A stretch of DNA of 64,000 bases from a virus (IMGVR_UViG_3300020060_000010:13230-77229), one strand, 5' to 3'. Counted from the stretch's first letter, positions 52,607-62,816 are shown. Made by a program: numbers and translations. The notes: generated from the sequence alone by a model not told the origin.

Positions 52607-55099
52607 ATGACACAGACTGAACAAGAGTACGCAGAGCAGCTACATGCCCTGCTCCAGCCGAGAATCCTTGATGAATACGCAGTACACGTACCACACCCTG
52701 CCCAACAGGTAGCTCTTGCCCTCCCGGCGAAGGAGATGCTGTTTGGTGGTGCTGCTGGTGGTGGAAAGGCCCTGGCCTTGGATACACCTATTCGCACACC
52801 ACTTGGCTGGACCACCATGAGTGATCTACCTATCGGTGCGCTGGTTTATGACGAAAATGGAGAGCCTTGTAAGGTTGTCTGGAAGTCGGAGGTCCAAGAA
52901 GGCCGTCCGTGCTATCGAGTTCAGTTTTCTGACGGATCAGAAATTGTAGCCGACCAGGATCACAAATGGTCTGTTGGGTTAGCAGGCAGCCGAAATCAGA
53001 GCCAACACATCAAGACTACTGGCGAAATGTTTCGCACTATGGAAACAGCCAAGAGGGTCAAATTCTATATCGACGTAGCCCGCCCGCTTTTCCAGTTCAA
53101 GGAAGAATACCCAATTGATCCGTATATCATGGGCTATTGGCTTGGTGACGGGGATACCAGACGAGGCTATGTGACAATTGGTGATTCAGATTTCGAATCA
53201 GTCTCGGCACTGTTTGAAGCTTGTGGTGAAACTCTTACCAAGCTCGCGCCTATGCATTACAAGGTCGAAGGCTTGACCAAGCGTCTAATTTCTCTTGGTA
53301 TCGTTGGACCGCAGGCTGTTGACGGAGTCAAGATGACACCGCGACCAAAGCGCATTCCCCGTCAGTATATCGAAGAAGGCAACATTGAGCAGAGACTCGC
53401 ACTGCTCCAGGGCTTGGTTGATAGTGACGGATTTGTAGACTCGGACATTGAACTAACAACAGTCAGCGCCGAATTGGCTAAAGACTATCTCGAACTAATT
53501 TTATCTCTCGGTATCAAGGCGACGATTCGTGAAGGTGTCGCAACTTTGAATGGCCGGATCATCGGCCCAAAGTATCGAATCAAGTTTGTTACCGATATGG
53601 AAAGCGCTCGACTACCGCGCAAGCTGGCTCGCCAAAAAGTTGACGGATTTAGAGGCACACACAACAAGCGATACATTACTGCCATTATCGCTACAGAATC
53701 CGTACCAGTACAGTGTATCGGTGTAGACTCGCCAAGTCACTTGTATCTCGCTGGACGCGAATTAATTCCGACCCACAACAGCGACTTCCTCCTGATGGCT
53801 GCTCTCCGCTACGTGGACGTGCCTGGATACTCTGCCATTCTGTTCCGTCGTACGTACAAGCAGCTTATCGAATCAGGCGCTATCCTTGACCGTTTCAAGT
53901 CTTGGATGGCTGGCAAGAACGTGAAAAAGGAAGAGCGAGGCATGACCTGGGTCTTCCCTTCCGGCGCCAAGATTCGCTTTGGACACATTCACCGTGAAGC
54001 CGACAAGTACAACTACCAAGGTGCTGAATTCCAGTTCATCGGATTCGATGAGGCCACGATGTTCGAGCCTGACATCTACACTTGGGCATTCTCTCGTCTC
54101 CGTAAGCCAACTGTGTCGTGCAACTACTGCTCGTTGCCTCTGACCGGCGCTAAGAATGGCTTCATCCATCTGGCTAGCCAGAAGGAAGCCTGCAATACAC
54201 CCATGCCGGATGAGCGAGTGTTGAACCAGTACTCTCCTGCCGAGCGCGACGGAATGACTGTCTTCGACCTGCCACTACAGGTCATCGCTACCGCCAACCC
54301 TGGTGGTCTATCTCATGAGTTCTTCAAGGAACGCTTCGTAGACCCAGCAGACCCAGACCTTCACGATGAAGAGGAAATGGCCGCGCGCAAGCAGCGCGCC
54401 TATATTCCTTCGACCATTCGTGACAACCCTTCTCTTAACCAGGAAGAGTACATGGCTACTCTTCAGAACCTATCAATGGTTGACCGTGAGCGCTACCTGA
54501 ACGGTGACTGGGAGATCCTGGAAGAAGGCAATCTGTTCAAGGCCAGCGACTTCCAGTATGTGGAGCGAGGTCCAAGTCCGGATGACGTTAAGTCTCGTGT
54601 GCGATTCTGGGACTTCGCGGCGTCCGATGGTCAGCACTCTGACTGGACAGCCGGAGCACTCTGCTCTATCACCAAAGACGGCCGATGGTTCATTGAGGAC
54701 ATGAAGCGGGTCCGCGCACTACCTCCAGACGTGGAGAAGCTGGTCAAGAAGACAGCACAAGAAGATGGTATCGGAGTCCGCGTCTATTCCGAGCAGGAGC
54801 CTGGCTCGTCCGGTAAGGCTCTCGTATCTTACTACAAGCGTCACGTTCTCGCTGGCTGGAGATACGACGGAGTCCGCAGTACCGGCAGTAAGACTGACCG
54901 CGCTGGCTCCCTCGTCTCACAGACCGAAGGAAAGAATGTCTACCTCGTCAAGGCATCTTGGAACAAGGCTTTCACTACCGAAGCGAGCCTGTTCCCGGTC
55001 GGCGCACACGACGACCAGGTGGACGCTGCAGCGGGTGCATTTGTAGCAATGACAGTGAACGCAAAAAGAAAAGTGCGACTTGTTACCAGATACAACTAA
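52607..55099 (+). CDS. terL: Terminase large subunit (intein-containing)
   Basis: GGAAGGGK|S Walker A, YQGAEFQFIGFDEAT Walker B, ATANPGG, RFWDFAAS, HDDQVDA. Confidence 0.95.
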   Translation: MTQTEQEYAEQLHALLQPRILDEYAVHVPHPAQQVALALPAKEMLFGGAAGGGKALALDTPIRTPLGWTTMSDLPIGALVYDENGEPCKVVWKSEVQEGRPCYRVQFSDGSEIVADQDHKWSVGLAGSRNQSQHIKTTGEMFRTMETAKRVKFYIDVARPLFQFKEEYPIDPYIMGYWLGDGDTRRGYVTIGDSDFESVSALFEACGETLTKLAPMHYKVEGLTKRLISLGIVGPQAVDGVKMTPRPKRIPRQYIEEGNIEQRLALLQGLVDSDGFVDSDIELTTVSAELAKDYLELILSLGIKATIREGVATLNGRIIGPKYRIKFVTDMESARLPRKLARQKVDGFRGTHNKRYITAIIATESVPVQCIGVDSPSHLYLAGRELIPTHNSDFLLMAALRYVDVPGYSAILFRRTYKQLIESGAILDRFKSWMAGKNVKKEERGMTWVFPSGAKIRFGHIHREADKYNYQGAEFQFIGFDEATMFEPDIYTWAFSRLRKPTVSCNYCSLPLTGAKNGFIHLASQKEACNTPMPDERVLNQYSPAERDGMTVFDLPLQVIATANPGGLSHEFFKERFVDPADPDLHDEEEMAARKQRAYIPSTIRDNPSLNQEEYMATLQNLSMVDRERYLNGDWEILEEGNLFKASDFQYVERGPSPDDVKSRVRFWDFAASDGQHSDWTAGALCSITKDGRWFIEDMKRVRALPPDVEKLVKKTAQEDGIGVRVYSEQEPGSSGKALVSYYKRHVLAGWRYDGVRSTGSKTDRAGSLVSQTEGKNVYLVKASWNKAFTTEASLFPVGAHDDQVDAAAGAFVAMTVNAKRKVRLVTRYN
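52769..53779 (+). mobile_element. Class 3 intein with LAGLIDADG endonuclease (337 aa)
   Basis: Starts ALALDTPI (Ala1), block B DQDHKW, block F VQCIGV, block G IPTHN|S; YWLGDG and LLQGLVDSDG. Confidence 0.9.
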
Positions 55100-55119
55100 C
55101 GCTTGATATAATTGATATC

Positions 55120-55335
55120 ATGACGAGACCGATTGTAATCACTGGGCTAAATCTGTCCGATGGGCAGAAGGTTCTACTCATGACTCCAGAGTACCTGGAC
55201 GCCGAAGATTCAGACGCCATTAGTGAGAAGATGCACGAACTTTTCCCTGGGGTGCAGTTCTTTATTTTGTCCGGTGGATTTCAAGCTTTAACGTTCGGTA
55301 AAGACGTAGACATGGTAATTGGAGAAGTAGAGTGA
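55120..55335 (+). CDS. Hypothetical protein
   Basis: Start moved to MTRPIV. Confidence 0.6.
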   Translation: MTRPIVITGLNLSDGQKVLLMTPEYLDAEDSDAISEKMHELFPGVQFFILSGGFQALTFGKDVDMVIGEVE

Positions 55336-55523
55336 GTAGTCCAGAGCAGATTGTACCTAAAGAAGTAGTCATTAGCAAGGAATTTATTTCTATTTTGGCT
55401 ATTGTTTTTGGTACCCTTGTACTATCGCTTGGTTGCGGCTTCGCTTTGGGTTGGCCGTTCGGGCTGATCGTAACAGGAGTGGTTTCAACAGTGTTCGGTT
55501 TCATTCTCGGCCTAAGTAAGTAA
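55332..55523 (+). CDS. Small 2-TM membrane protein
   Basis: Hydrophobic, GTGA overlap; directly before portal. Confidence 0.65.
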   Translation: MSSPEQIVPKEVVISKEFISILAIVFGTLVLSLGCGFALGWPFGLIVTGVVSTVFGFILGLSK

Positions 55524-55531
55524 GGTAAACA

Positions 55532-58500
55532 ATGGGCTTTCTCGACAATGTGTTTCGTAAGAGCGTAAGCTCTGAGGTTGAGACCAAGAAGCGCGGATTC
55601 GTAAACTTGGGTGGCGGAAACTTCGGTTTCGGCAACGGATACGACCGTGGCAGTAAGTGGGATGACTTTGAGTACGCCCAAGACCGTGGTTTGGACCTTG
55701 TTGTTTGGGTATATCGCTGTGTAGACGCTATCGCGAACAGCCAGGCTGGCGTCACTATCAATACTCACAAAAAAGGTGATCCTCTCAACTCATTCGTTGA
55801 GATGGACAACGTCTTCAATATCTTGAACTCTTGGTCCAACCCATACGAGAACTCATTCAACTGGCGTTACCGCCTAACTGCCCAACTACTTCTTTCTACC
55901 CAGGGTGCCTTCATTGAGGTCTCTAAGACCGCAAGTGGCAAGATTATGCATGCCTACCTGCTTAACCCAGGTCAGGTTGAGGTCGTTCGTCACCCCACCC
56001 AGTTCGTGGACCACTACAAGGTCAACCGTGGAACTCATATCGAAGAGGTTCCCAAGGACAATATCATCTGGGTCATGATTAAGCCTCGCCCAGGCGACCC
56101 TTACACACAGATGACTCCGATTACTTCCGCCGGTGTCGCAATCGATACTGACTATCTCGCCCGCAAGTTCAATGCTAACTTCCTGAAGAACGATGGCCGC
56201 CCCGGAATGCTTATTGCCATCAATGGCGACGCGGACCAGGACACCACCGCTGAAATTCTTGACCAGTTCAGAGGCGGTCCTGCTGCAGCCGGTATGCCGG
56301 TTGTCATCGAGGCAGACGGCATGGACGTTATCGACATGCAAGGTAAGCCACGCGATGCACAGTGGGAAGAAGCCATTGCGAGCGCCAAGGATACAATCCT
56401 TGCTGCATTCGGTGTGCCAGAGTCTGTCCTTGGTAACGCCTCCGGCCGATGCCTCCGTGCTTCTGAGAAGGTTCACCTGGCCAACGGTTCTATCAAGAAG
56501 GCCGAAGAACTTGTCGGTCAGACCGTTGAACTTATGCAGACCTGGAAGGGCACCAACCAAAAGGTCAATGCCCGCGTCGAGTACGCAGCCAAGGAACCAA
56601 TTTACAAGCTGACTACATTTTCTGGTCGCACCATCGAGACCAATGGCGAGCACCCTCTCTACATGGCTACCTGTAGCGCGTGGGGAAAGTTTAAGCGTGA
56701 CTTCTACGCGCACGCATGGACACCCATGCATGCAATCAGCCTCAACTACAAGCGTCACGACGCGGTTGGTGACGGAACTTACACCGAGGTCGCTATCCCT
56801 CTTCACTTTAATGATGAAGATGGACCAGATTTCAACTTTGATGACGCTTTCGAAGATGGAAAGAACCTTGACGTAGTTCCTGACTACATCTTCAAGGCCA
56901 GCGCTGAAACCAAGCGTTCTTTCCTTTCCGGCGTCTACTCAACTCATGGTCGTGTTTCACAGCACACAGCGTTTGATGTAGTTGTCCCAAGCCTCCAGTA
57001 CGCCTCAGATCTTCAGATTATCCTTCAGCGTCTTGGAATTAATGCTTATGTCAATACAAAGAAGCTAACTCGCGTCGTTTCTATCGGTGGCAAGGTCAAT
57101 ATCGTCAATTTCTTGGCTCAGGTCGAGATTGTTGGCGACAACGAGGCCAAGGCCATCGCAGTTTTTGAGCGTCTGTCTACCGACACAACTCGTGAAATCA
57201 ACTTCCACCGCTCCGATGACCTTCCAGAAGGCTTCATCTGGGACCGAATTGCAGACGTTGAGCTAATTGGCGTGGATCAGACAGTTGCTATCACCATCAA
57301 CAAGGGCGACAACAGCTACCTGTCCAGCTTCCTTGAGCACAATACCTACTCTAACGCTGAAACTGAGAACGAAGGCTTCTGGGTTGGCACCATGAAGCCT
57401 CACTGTCAGGCAATTTCGCGTGGACTTGAGCCACTAACTGGTTCAATCACTGACGATATTACCTTGAAGTTCAATTTCAACGAGATTGACGTTCTTGAGC
57501 GCGTCGAGCGCAAGCGTCTTGACACAGTTAAGCAGGATTGGGCTTCCGGAGCACTAACTCAGAACGAATATCTTGAGGCTATCGGTCGTCCACGCGTCAA
57601 GGACCCACTTGCTGACGTTTATATGTTGCCGAATGGCCTTCCAATTGGTGATCCTGACAACGTTCAGGCATACTGGGATGCTATGCGCCTACTTTCCGAG
57701 ATTCAGGCTCCAAAACAGCAAAATATGCTTGGTGCAAGCCCATTTAGCTCTAACGGAGCTATTGGTGATGGCATTGTCGGCGGTCGTAATGATATGATTA
57801 CCGGTCAGACAGCAGCAGTTGGTATCAACAGCGGTCAGACCATCAACCAGCAGGCCGCTCGTACTCTCCGCTCTGCCAATCACAATAATACGACACCGGC
57901 TGCAGTGAACCCGAACGCCGTAACGGCCGTGTCTGACCGTGTTTCGCAGCTAATCAACAAGACTGATGAAGTTGAGGCTGTTATCGAGGTCAAGCAGATC
58001 GATATGAGCGATCCTCACAAGAATGTGCGCCACAGAATGCACGGATTCCTTGAAGGATGCCTCGAATCTTGGTCCAGCAGACAGATTAGTGTTGTTTCCG
58101 ACCGCGTGAGCCACGTCAAGGTCCGCAAGGGAACTCGTCACTGGGACGGCGAGACAAAAGTAGACCGCGTACTCGATACTGGCTACATTGTCGAGCAGGA
58201 TCAGTGGATTACTGACCTCAAGGCAAACATCGCTCCATCTATCCGTAAGACACTTCGTGACCGCGCGTTCGATATTGCTACCGAACTCAAGGAAAACGGT
58301 CACGTACGTCCCAAGCCTGGCTCAGGCGCACTGGAGACCCTCCTAGGTGAAGATTACAGTGACCAGATCAAGGCAATCGCAGATTGCGCAGTAGATTACG
58401 TCTCTGAGTCAGCCAAGAGTCAAACTGAACTTGTTGCCAAGCACATTTCGATCCTGGACAGCGACAACCGCTCAATTGATGAGATCAAGTCCACTCTGGA

Positions 58501-58798
58501 TTCCGAGACCTTCGATCGCGACCGTTGGATTATTGCTCTGGCCAAGACTGCCACCACTGCAGCCCTGGAAGACCTTTCTGACCTGCTCTACTTCAACGTA
58601 AGCGAGAAGGCTTACAAGATTTGGCGTACGGCCGGAGATGAACACTTCCGTGCAGACCACATTAGCCTCAATGGTGTAAAATTGTCTGTTAAGGACTCCT
58701 TCACTGCCGGTACCGAACAACTACGATACCCTTGTGATGGATACAGCGACGCAAACAGCGTATGCTCTTGCTGGATTTACTACGGAGTTGATTCGTAA
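55532..58798 (+). CDS. Portal protein (HK97-type) with intein and C-terminal MuF-like domain
   Basis: VYRCV.AIA, F..N.GRP, I..AFGVP.SVLG, LT.NE.L..IG; C-terminal KIW.T..D...R.DH..L.G...F...L.YP.D...C.C. Confidence 0.9.
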   Translation: MGFLDNVFRKSVSSEVETKKRGFVNLGGGNFGFGNGYDRGSKWDDFEYAQDRGLDLVVWVYRCVDAIANSQAGVTINTHKKGDPLNSFVEMDNVFNILNSWSNPYENSFNWRYRLTAQLLLSTQGAFIEVSKTASGKIMHAYLLNPGQVEVVRHPTQFVDHYKVNRGTHIEEVPKDNIIWVMIKPRPGDPYTQMTPITSAGVAIDTDYLARKFNANFLKNDGRPGMLIAINGDADQDTTAEILDQFRGGPAAAGMPVVIEADGMDVIDMQGKPRDAQWEEAIASAKDTILAAFGVPESVLGNASGRCLRASEKVHLANGSIKKAEELVGQTVELMQTWKGTNQKVNARVEYAAKEPIYKLTTFSGRTIETNGEHPLYMATCSAWGKFKRDFYAHAWTPMHAISLNYKRHDAVGDGTYTEVAIPLHFNDEDGPDFNFDDAFEDGKNLDVVPDYIFKASAETKRSFLSGVYSTHGRVSQHTAFDVVVPSLQYASDLQIILQRLGINAYVNTKKLTRVVSIGGKVNIVNFLAQVEIVGDNEAKAIAVFERLSTDTTREINFHRSDDLPEGFIWDRIADVELIGVDQTVAITINKGDNSYLSSFLEHNTYSNAETENEGFWVGTMKPHCQAISRGLEPLTGSITDDITLKFNFNEIDVLERVERKRLDTVKQDWASGALTQNEYLEAIGRPRVKDPLADVYMLPNGLPIGDPDNVQAYWDAMRLLSEIQAPKQQNMLGASPFSSNGAIGDGIVGGRNDMITGQTAAVGINSGQTINQQAARTLRSANHNNTTPAAVNPNAVTAVSDRVSQLINKTDEVEAVIEVKQIDMSDPHKNVRHRMHGFLEGCLESWSSRQISVVSDRVSHVKVRKGTRHWDGETKVDRVLDTGYIVEQDQWITDLKANIAPSIRKTLRDRAFDIATELKENGHVRPKPGSGALETLLGEDYSDQIKAIADCAVDYVSESAKSQTELVAKHISILDSDNRSIDEIKSTLDSETFDRDRWIIALAKTATTAALEDLSDLLYFNVSEKAYKIWRTAGDEHFRADHISLNGVKLSVKDSFTAGTEQLRYPCDGYSDANSVCSCWIYYGVDS
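56450..57343 (+). mobile_element. Class 1 intein in portal (298 aa), endonuclease partly degenerate
   Basis: GR|CLRASEKV start, TIETNGEHP block B, FLEHN|T end; FLSGVYSTHG is the only LAGLIDADG-like block seen. Confidence 0.9.
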
Positions 58799-59994
58799 TG
58801 TCGGAATGGCTGACAGTCAGTGGCAACCCAATCGTCGCTGACGAGTCTAAGACCATGAAGATTGTACGAACAGTTGGCGGTGCTCGTAGATACGGTCAGC
58901 CAAAGGGCTCCATCATCGTACGAGATGGCAAGGACCCTCTGGATGCCTTGGTGGCACTTCCGAACGATCGTGAAGGCTACGAAAAAGTAGCTGACCTAAA
59001 CGGCAACGTTTACTATGTCGGCTTCGTCAAGGACCCAAAAGGTAACGAGACGTGGGTAGTAGAAACTGCTGATGGTCAGAAGGCCAAGGAAGCGACCTCC
59101 AGTGAGATTGCTTTCTCGTGGCTCAATAACCAAGTTGGTGGAAACAGCGCTACACCAGATGAGCGCTTGCCAGATGTGGTTCTTTCTAAGCCTACCGACT
59201 CAGCAAGAATGCGTATCGAGAAGGCAGAGCTTAACAGACCAGAATACGGACTGTCACAAGCACAAGGCGCGTCACTTGGCGTTCTGAAAGAGGGGGAACT
59301 CGTCAAGTACCGTCAACTACGAGATAGCGGACTGGATCACGCTCACGCCTACAAGCTGTCTCATTCGGGTTCACCAACCCCGACACCTAAGCCAAAGCCA
59401 ACTCCGGCCCCAGCTAAGAAGAAACAAATGGACACAGCAGTCGAATACAAGAGACAGTTTACTACCGAGCGCCTGGAAGAACTGGGCAAGGCTGGTAAAG
59501 CTTTCAAGAACCACAACGGTGACTGGTCTTATCCAGTCGAGTCCGAGCAGGATCTCAAGAACGCCATCCAGGCAGTGGGGCGTTGTGCACCAGCAGATCG
59601 CAACGGACTTATCCGCTACCTGAAGCGTCGTGCGTCTGCTCTCGGAAAGCGCGACCTGGTGCCAGATCAGTGGAGTGGCCAGAAAGACGAGATGGGTTGG
59701 GACATGGAAGAAAAGGTCCATGGCCACCAGACTCTTGAGCGCGCACCAGGCAAACGAGATAATTGGGTAGAGATCGCAGGTGGGCTTCCTCCTTACATCG
59801 AGCACATCGCTCAGGCTCTCCATGAGCGTGAAGGCTTCACTATCAGCCGCGCTATCGCCACTGCCGTCAATCGTGTAAAGCGTTGGGCTGCAGGTCTGGA
59901 TAATGTAAAGCCAGACACTCGCGCAAAAGCAATTAAAGCCTTGGCTCAGTGGACCGCGCTAAAAGCAAAGAGCGCCGCAAAGCGCAATAAGTAG
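58798..59994 (+). CDS. Modular head-morphogenesis-associated protein (DUF6582-like central domain)
   Basis: GARRYGQP.GS.I motif; SYPV...DLKNAIQAVGR...YLKRRA..LG..DL.P..W; NWVE..GGLPPYI..IA.AL. Confidence 0.65.
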   Translation: MSEWLTVSGNPIVADESKTMKIVRTVGGARRYGQPKGSIIVRDGKDPLDALVALPNDREGYEKVADLNGNVYYVGFVKDPKGNETWVVETADGQKAKEATSSEIAFSWLNNQVGGNSATPDERLPDVVLSKPTDSARMRIEKAELNRPEYGLSQAQGASLGVLKEGELVKYRQLRDSGLDHAHAYKLSHSGSPTPTPKPKPTPAPAKKKQMDTAVEYKRQFTTERLEELGKAGKAFKNHNGDWSYPVESEQDLKNAIQAVGRCAPADRNGLIRYLKRRASALGKRDLVPDQWSGQKDEMGWDMEEKVHGHQTLERAPGKRDNWVEIAGGLPPYIEHIAQALHEREGFTISRAIATAVNRVKRWAAGLDNVKPDTRAKAIKALAQWTALKAKSAAKRNK

Positions 59995-60057
59995 TATTTT
60001 AACAGATAATTTGAGATAATAAATACGTTAAGTCAAAGGAAATGATTAGGTATCACT

Positions 60058-61347
60058 ATGCAGCAATTAGAACATAAGGACGCCAAGGCTGTTGCCGGGC
60101 TCGTTGTTGAAGAGGCTGTAAGCAACGATGGCGATAAGATCGGCATTGTCAAGGCTCTTGTGTCCATCACGGGCATCAAGGATCACGTGGGTGACATCAT
60201 CACTCCTGGCGCTTACGCACGCACTCTCAAGACCCGCAAGCCAAAAGGCGTTGCTCACCACAGTTGGGATACTCCTGTGTCCCGCACCAAGGACATCGAA
60301 GAGTACATGCCAGGCGATTCACGCCTGCCAAAGAATATGTCAGATGGCAAGGCTTGGCCAGTCGGCGCGGGCGCACTCTACGTTGAGACAGAATTCAACC
60401 TTGAGACACAGCGCGGACGCGAAGCTTACTCAGACATCAAGTTCTTCGGTGACGACGCAGAGTTCTCCATCGGTTACAAGGTACCAACTGGCGGTTCACG
60501 CAAGGACGCCAAGACAAACACTCGCCACATCGACGATCTCGATCTGTTCGAGTACTCACCAGTTCTATTTGGTGCTGCACCTGGTACCCGTCAGCTTGCA
60601 GGCGTAAAGTCACTCTTCGCCACAGATGAAGAGTTCCTTGATGCTGTTAACGCTGTTGTTTCTGAGGAAAAGGGCGAAAAGGATGAGGACGAGACCGAAG
60701 AGGTCGCTCCTGATACTGAGCCTGATGACGGTCTACTGACTGAGTCTGACAAGGAAGTTCTTGCCGAGATCGTAGAGTCTGACGAGAACACGCCAGTTGA
60801 AGGCGAAAAGGTTATCGAGGCTGTTGTGACTGTCCCAGAAACAACACTTGCCGATGTACTGTTTGCAATCGAGCAGCTAAAGACCGCCATCGCAGAACTT
60901 CAGACCAAGACACTCGTTGATGTTTCTGACATCGTAAACGAGACCGAAAAAGAGAAGTCAGACGACGAGTCAGAGGTAGAGCACAAGGTTGAGTCCAGTC
61001 CTCTCCGCAAGGCAATGGACGAGCTAATCTATGAGTCCACATTCGACCAGGCACTAATTGACCAGATTGATGAGGCTGTTCTTGGTCTCGAAGGTTCAAT
61101 CAAGGCTGCTGACGGCAACTCTATCGCTCAGTACGCAACTCTTGCTCTCGACGGTATCTCAAAGGCCAAGGATTCAAAGCCTGACGAGAAGACCGCAGAA
61201 GAGCTAAATGTTCTTGCCAAGGCAATCGATGAGGCAGTTAAGGCTGCCGCTGGTGTTACCACAGAAGCACCTATCGAAGAGGCTGCACCAGCACCTCAGG
61301 CCAAGTCAATTTCACTCAGCGATTGGGAATCACTTCTCAAGAGTTGA
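60058..61347 (+). CDS. Prohead protease (HK97/S78 family) fused to acidic scaffold region
   Basis: D..GDII..GAY..TL, catalytic H (KGVAHH) and S (FSIGY), LFEYSPV.F.A. Confidence 0.9.
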   Translation: MQQLEHKDAKAVAGLVVEEAVSNDGDKIGIVKALVSITGIKDHVGDIITPGAYARTLKTRKPKGVAHHSWDTPVSRTKDIEEYMPGDSRLPKNMSDGKAWPVGAGALYVETEFNLETQRGREAYSDIKFFGDDAEFSIGYKVPTGGSRKDAKTNTRHIDDLDLFEYSPVLFGAAPGTRQLAGVKSLFATDEEFLDAVNAVVSEEKGEKDEDETEEVAPDTEPDDGLLTESDKEVLAEIVESDENTPVEGEKVIEAVVTVPETTLADVLFAIEQLKTAIAELQTKTLVDVSDIVNETEKEKSDDESEVEHKVESSPLRKAMDELIYESTFDQALIDQIDEAVLGLEGSIKAADGNSIAQYATLALDGISKAKDSKPDEKTAEELNVLAKAIDEAVKAAAGVTTEAPIEEAAPAPQAKSISLSDWESLLKS

Positions 61348-61466
61348 TATTAACCATAGTTTTGTTGTAAAATGAATATGTCGTTATCGATCAGAGACAA
61401 GTGCTGACTTGTAGCAAAGATAACAAACCTAATTTTAAGTCATATATATCTAAAAGGATATACCAA

Positions 61467-62789
61467 ATGAGTAATGCAGATTACAAGTCGGCAGTAGACG
61501 TAGAAGTAAAGAACATCTCAGATGCTCTTGCTCACCTACAAGCCAACGATGGTGTCAAGGTAGACGGCAACACCGTTCACATCGACGAGAAGGTTTACAA
61601 CGAGATTGCCGCTTCCAAGGCCAAGCTCGCCCAGCTAAAGAACCTAATGTCAACTGACTCTGAGCTTTCAGAGATCAAGGGTCTATTTGATGAGGCAGTT
61701 GCTGAGAAGCAGGCTTTCTCACCAGCACCCGTACAGTACAAGACCTTCGGTGAGCAGTTCGCTGACTCAGACGAGCTAAAGGAAATGTTCGATCGCAACG
61801 AAAAGTCCTCAAAGGATTTCGGCATCGATTCAGCCGACGTTGTTGCAGCTAACGCACAGGTCAAGGACGTATACAGCGCCCAGAACCCTTACGCCAGCAC
61901 AGTCGGTATTGCAGGCGTTCGTCAGACCCTCCCACTAGTACAGATCCCACAGCTACGTCAGCGTATTCGTGACCTGTTCCCAGTGAACCGCACTGCATCT
62001 AACCTAATCGAGTTCTTCCGTGTTGTCGAAATGGCAAACGGTGGACGCGGTAACGCTGCAGTAGTTGCAGAGCGTCGTGCGCAGGATGGCACTTCTGCTC
62101 CTGCAGGCAACCAGACCACTGACGTATTCGGTCTAAAGCCCAAGTCCGTCGTGAACTTCGAGTCTGACCAGGCTTCTGTTCGCACAATCGCTCACTGGGT
62201 TGCAGTTCACCGTAACACACTGGCTGACAAGTCACAGATCCGCTCCGTCATCGACAACCAGCTATTCTACGGTCTAGCCCTAGTTGAGGACGACCAGCTT
62301 CTAAATGGTACAGGAACCGGCGAAGAAGTTCGCGGAATCCTAAATACCCCAGGCATCCTGGAGTACACCGCACCAACCGGCGAGATCAAGTCTGACTCTC
62401 TACGTCGTGCACAGACCCTATCTGCTCTATCACTATTCCCAGCAACAGGCTATGTCCTGCACCCAAATGACTGGGAAGATGTAGAGCTACAGAAGGTCAG
62501 CGCAACTGACGATCGCTACATGCTAGTCACCAACGTATCTGTTGGTGCAGCTTCACGCGTATGGCGTCTACCAGTGGTTGAATCCCCTTCAATCACCGAA
62601 GGTGACTTCCTAACTGGTGCATTCGGCCAGGGCGTACAGATCTGGGATCGCGAGCAGGCTAACATCCGCGTCAGCGATTCACACGCAGATTACTTCACAC
62701 GTAACGCTCTAGCAATCCTAGCAGAAGAGCGTCTAGCTCTAACTGTGACCCACCCACAGAGCGTAGTTCACGGTCACTTCGACGCCTGA
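61467..62789 (+). CDS. Major capsid protein (HK97 fold)
   Basis: Start moved to MSNADY; RIRDLF, IAHW, L.NG.G.G.E..GIL, HP.DW, RLWRLPVV-like, F.RN...ILAEER. Confidence 0.95.
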   Translation: MSNADYKSAVDVEVKNISDALAHLQANDGVKVDGNTVHIDEKVYNEIAASKAKLAQLKNLMSTDSELSEIKGLFDEAVAEKQAFSPAPVQYKTFGEQFADSDELKEMFDRNEKSSKDFGIDSADVVAANAQVKDVYSAQNPYASTVGIAGVRQTLPLVQIPQLRQRIRDLFPVNRTASNLIEFFRVVEMANGGRGNAAVVAERRAQDGTSAPAGNQTTDVFGLKPKSVVNFESDQASVRTIAHWVAVHRNTLADKSQIRSVIDNQLFYGLALVEDDQLLNGTGTGEEVRGILNTPGILEYTAPTGEIKSDSLRRAQTLSALSLFPATGYVLHPNDWEDVELQKVSATDDRYMLVTNVSVGAASRVWRLPVVESPSITEGDFLTGAFGQGVQIWDREQANIRVSDSHADYFTRNALAILAEERLALTVTHPQSVVHGHFDA

Positions 62790-62816
62790 TCGATCGGAAT
62801 AATCTCTCAATGAGAG

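Noticed and set aside
343-59823. Long antisense ORFs in the track (343..747, 18350..19021, 51630..52457, 55886..56806, 59371..59823 and many others)
   Set aside because: They are shadows of well-supported genes on the opposite strand, lack RBSs and have unrecognisable composition.
55090-61466. A distinct late-promoter consensus in AT-rich gaps of the structural operon (GATATAAT, GATAAT, TGTAAAAT)
   Set aside because: Too few and too variable instances to define a motif by eye.
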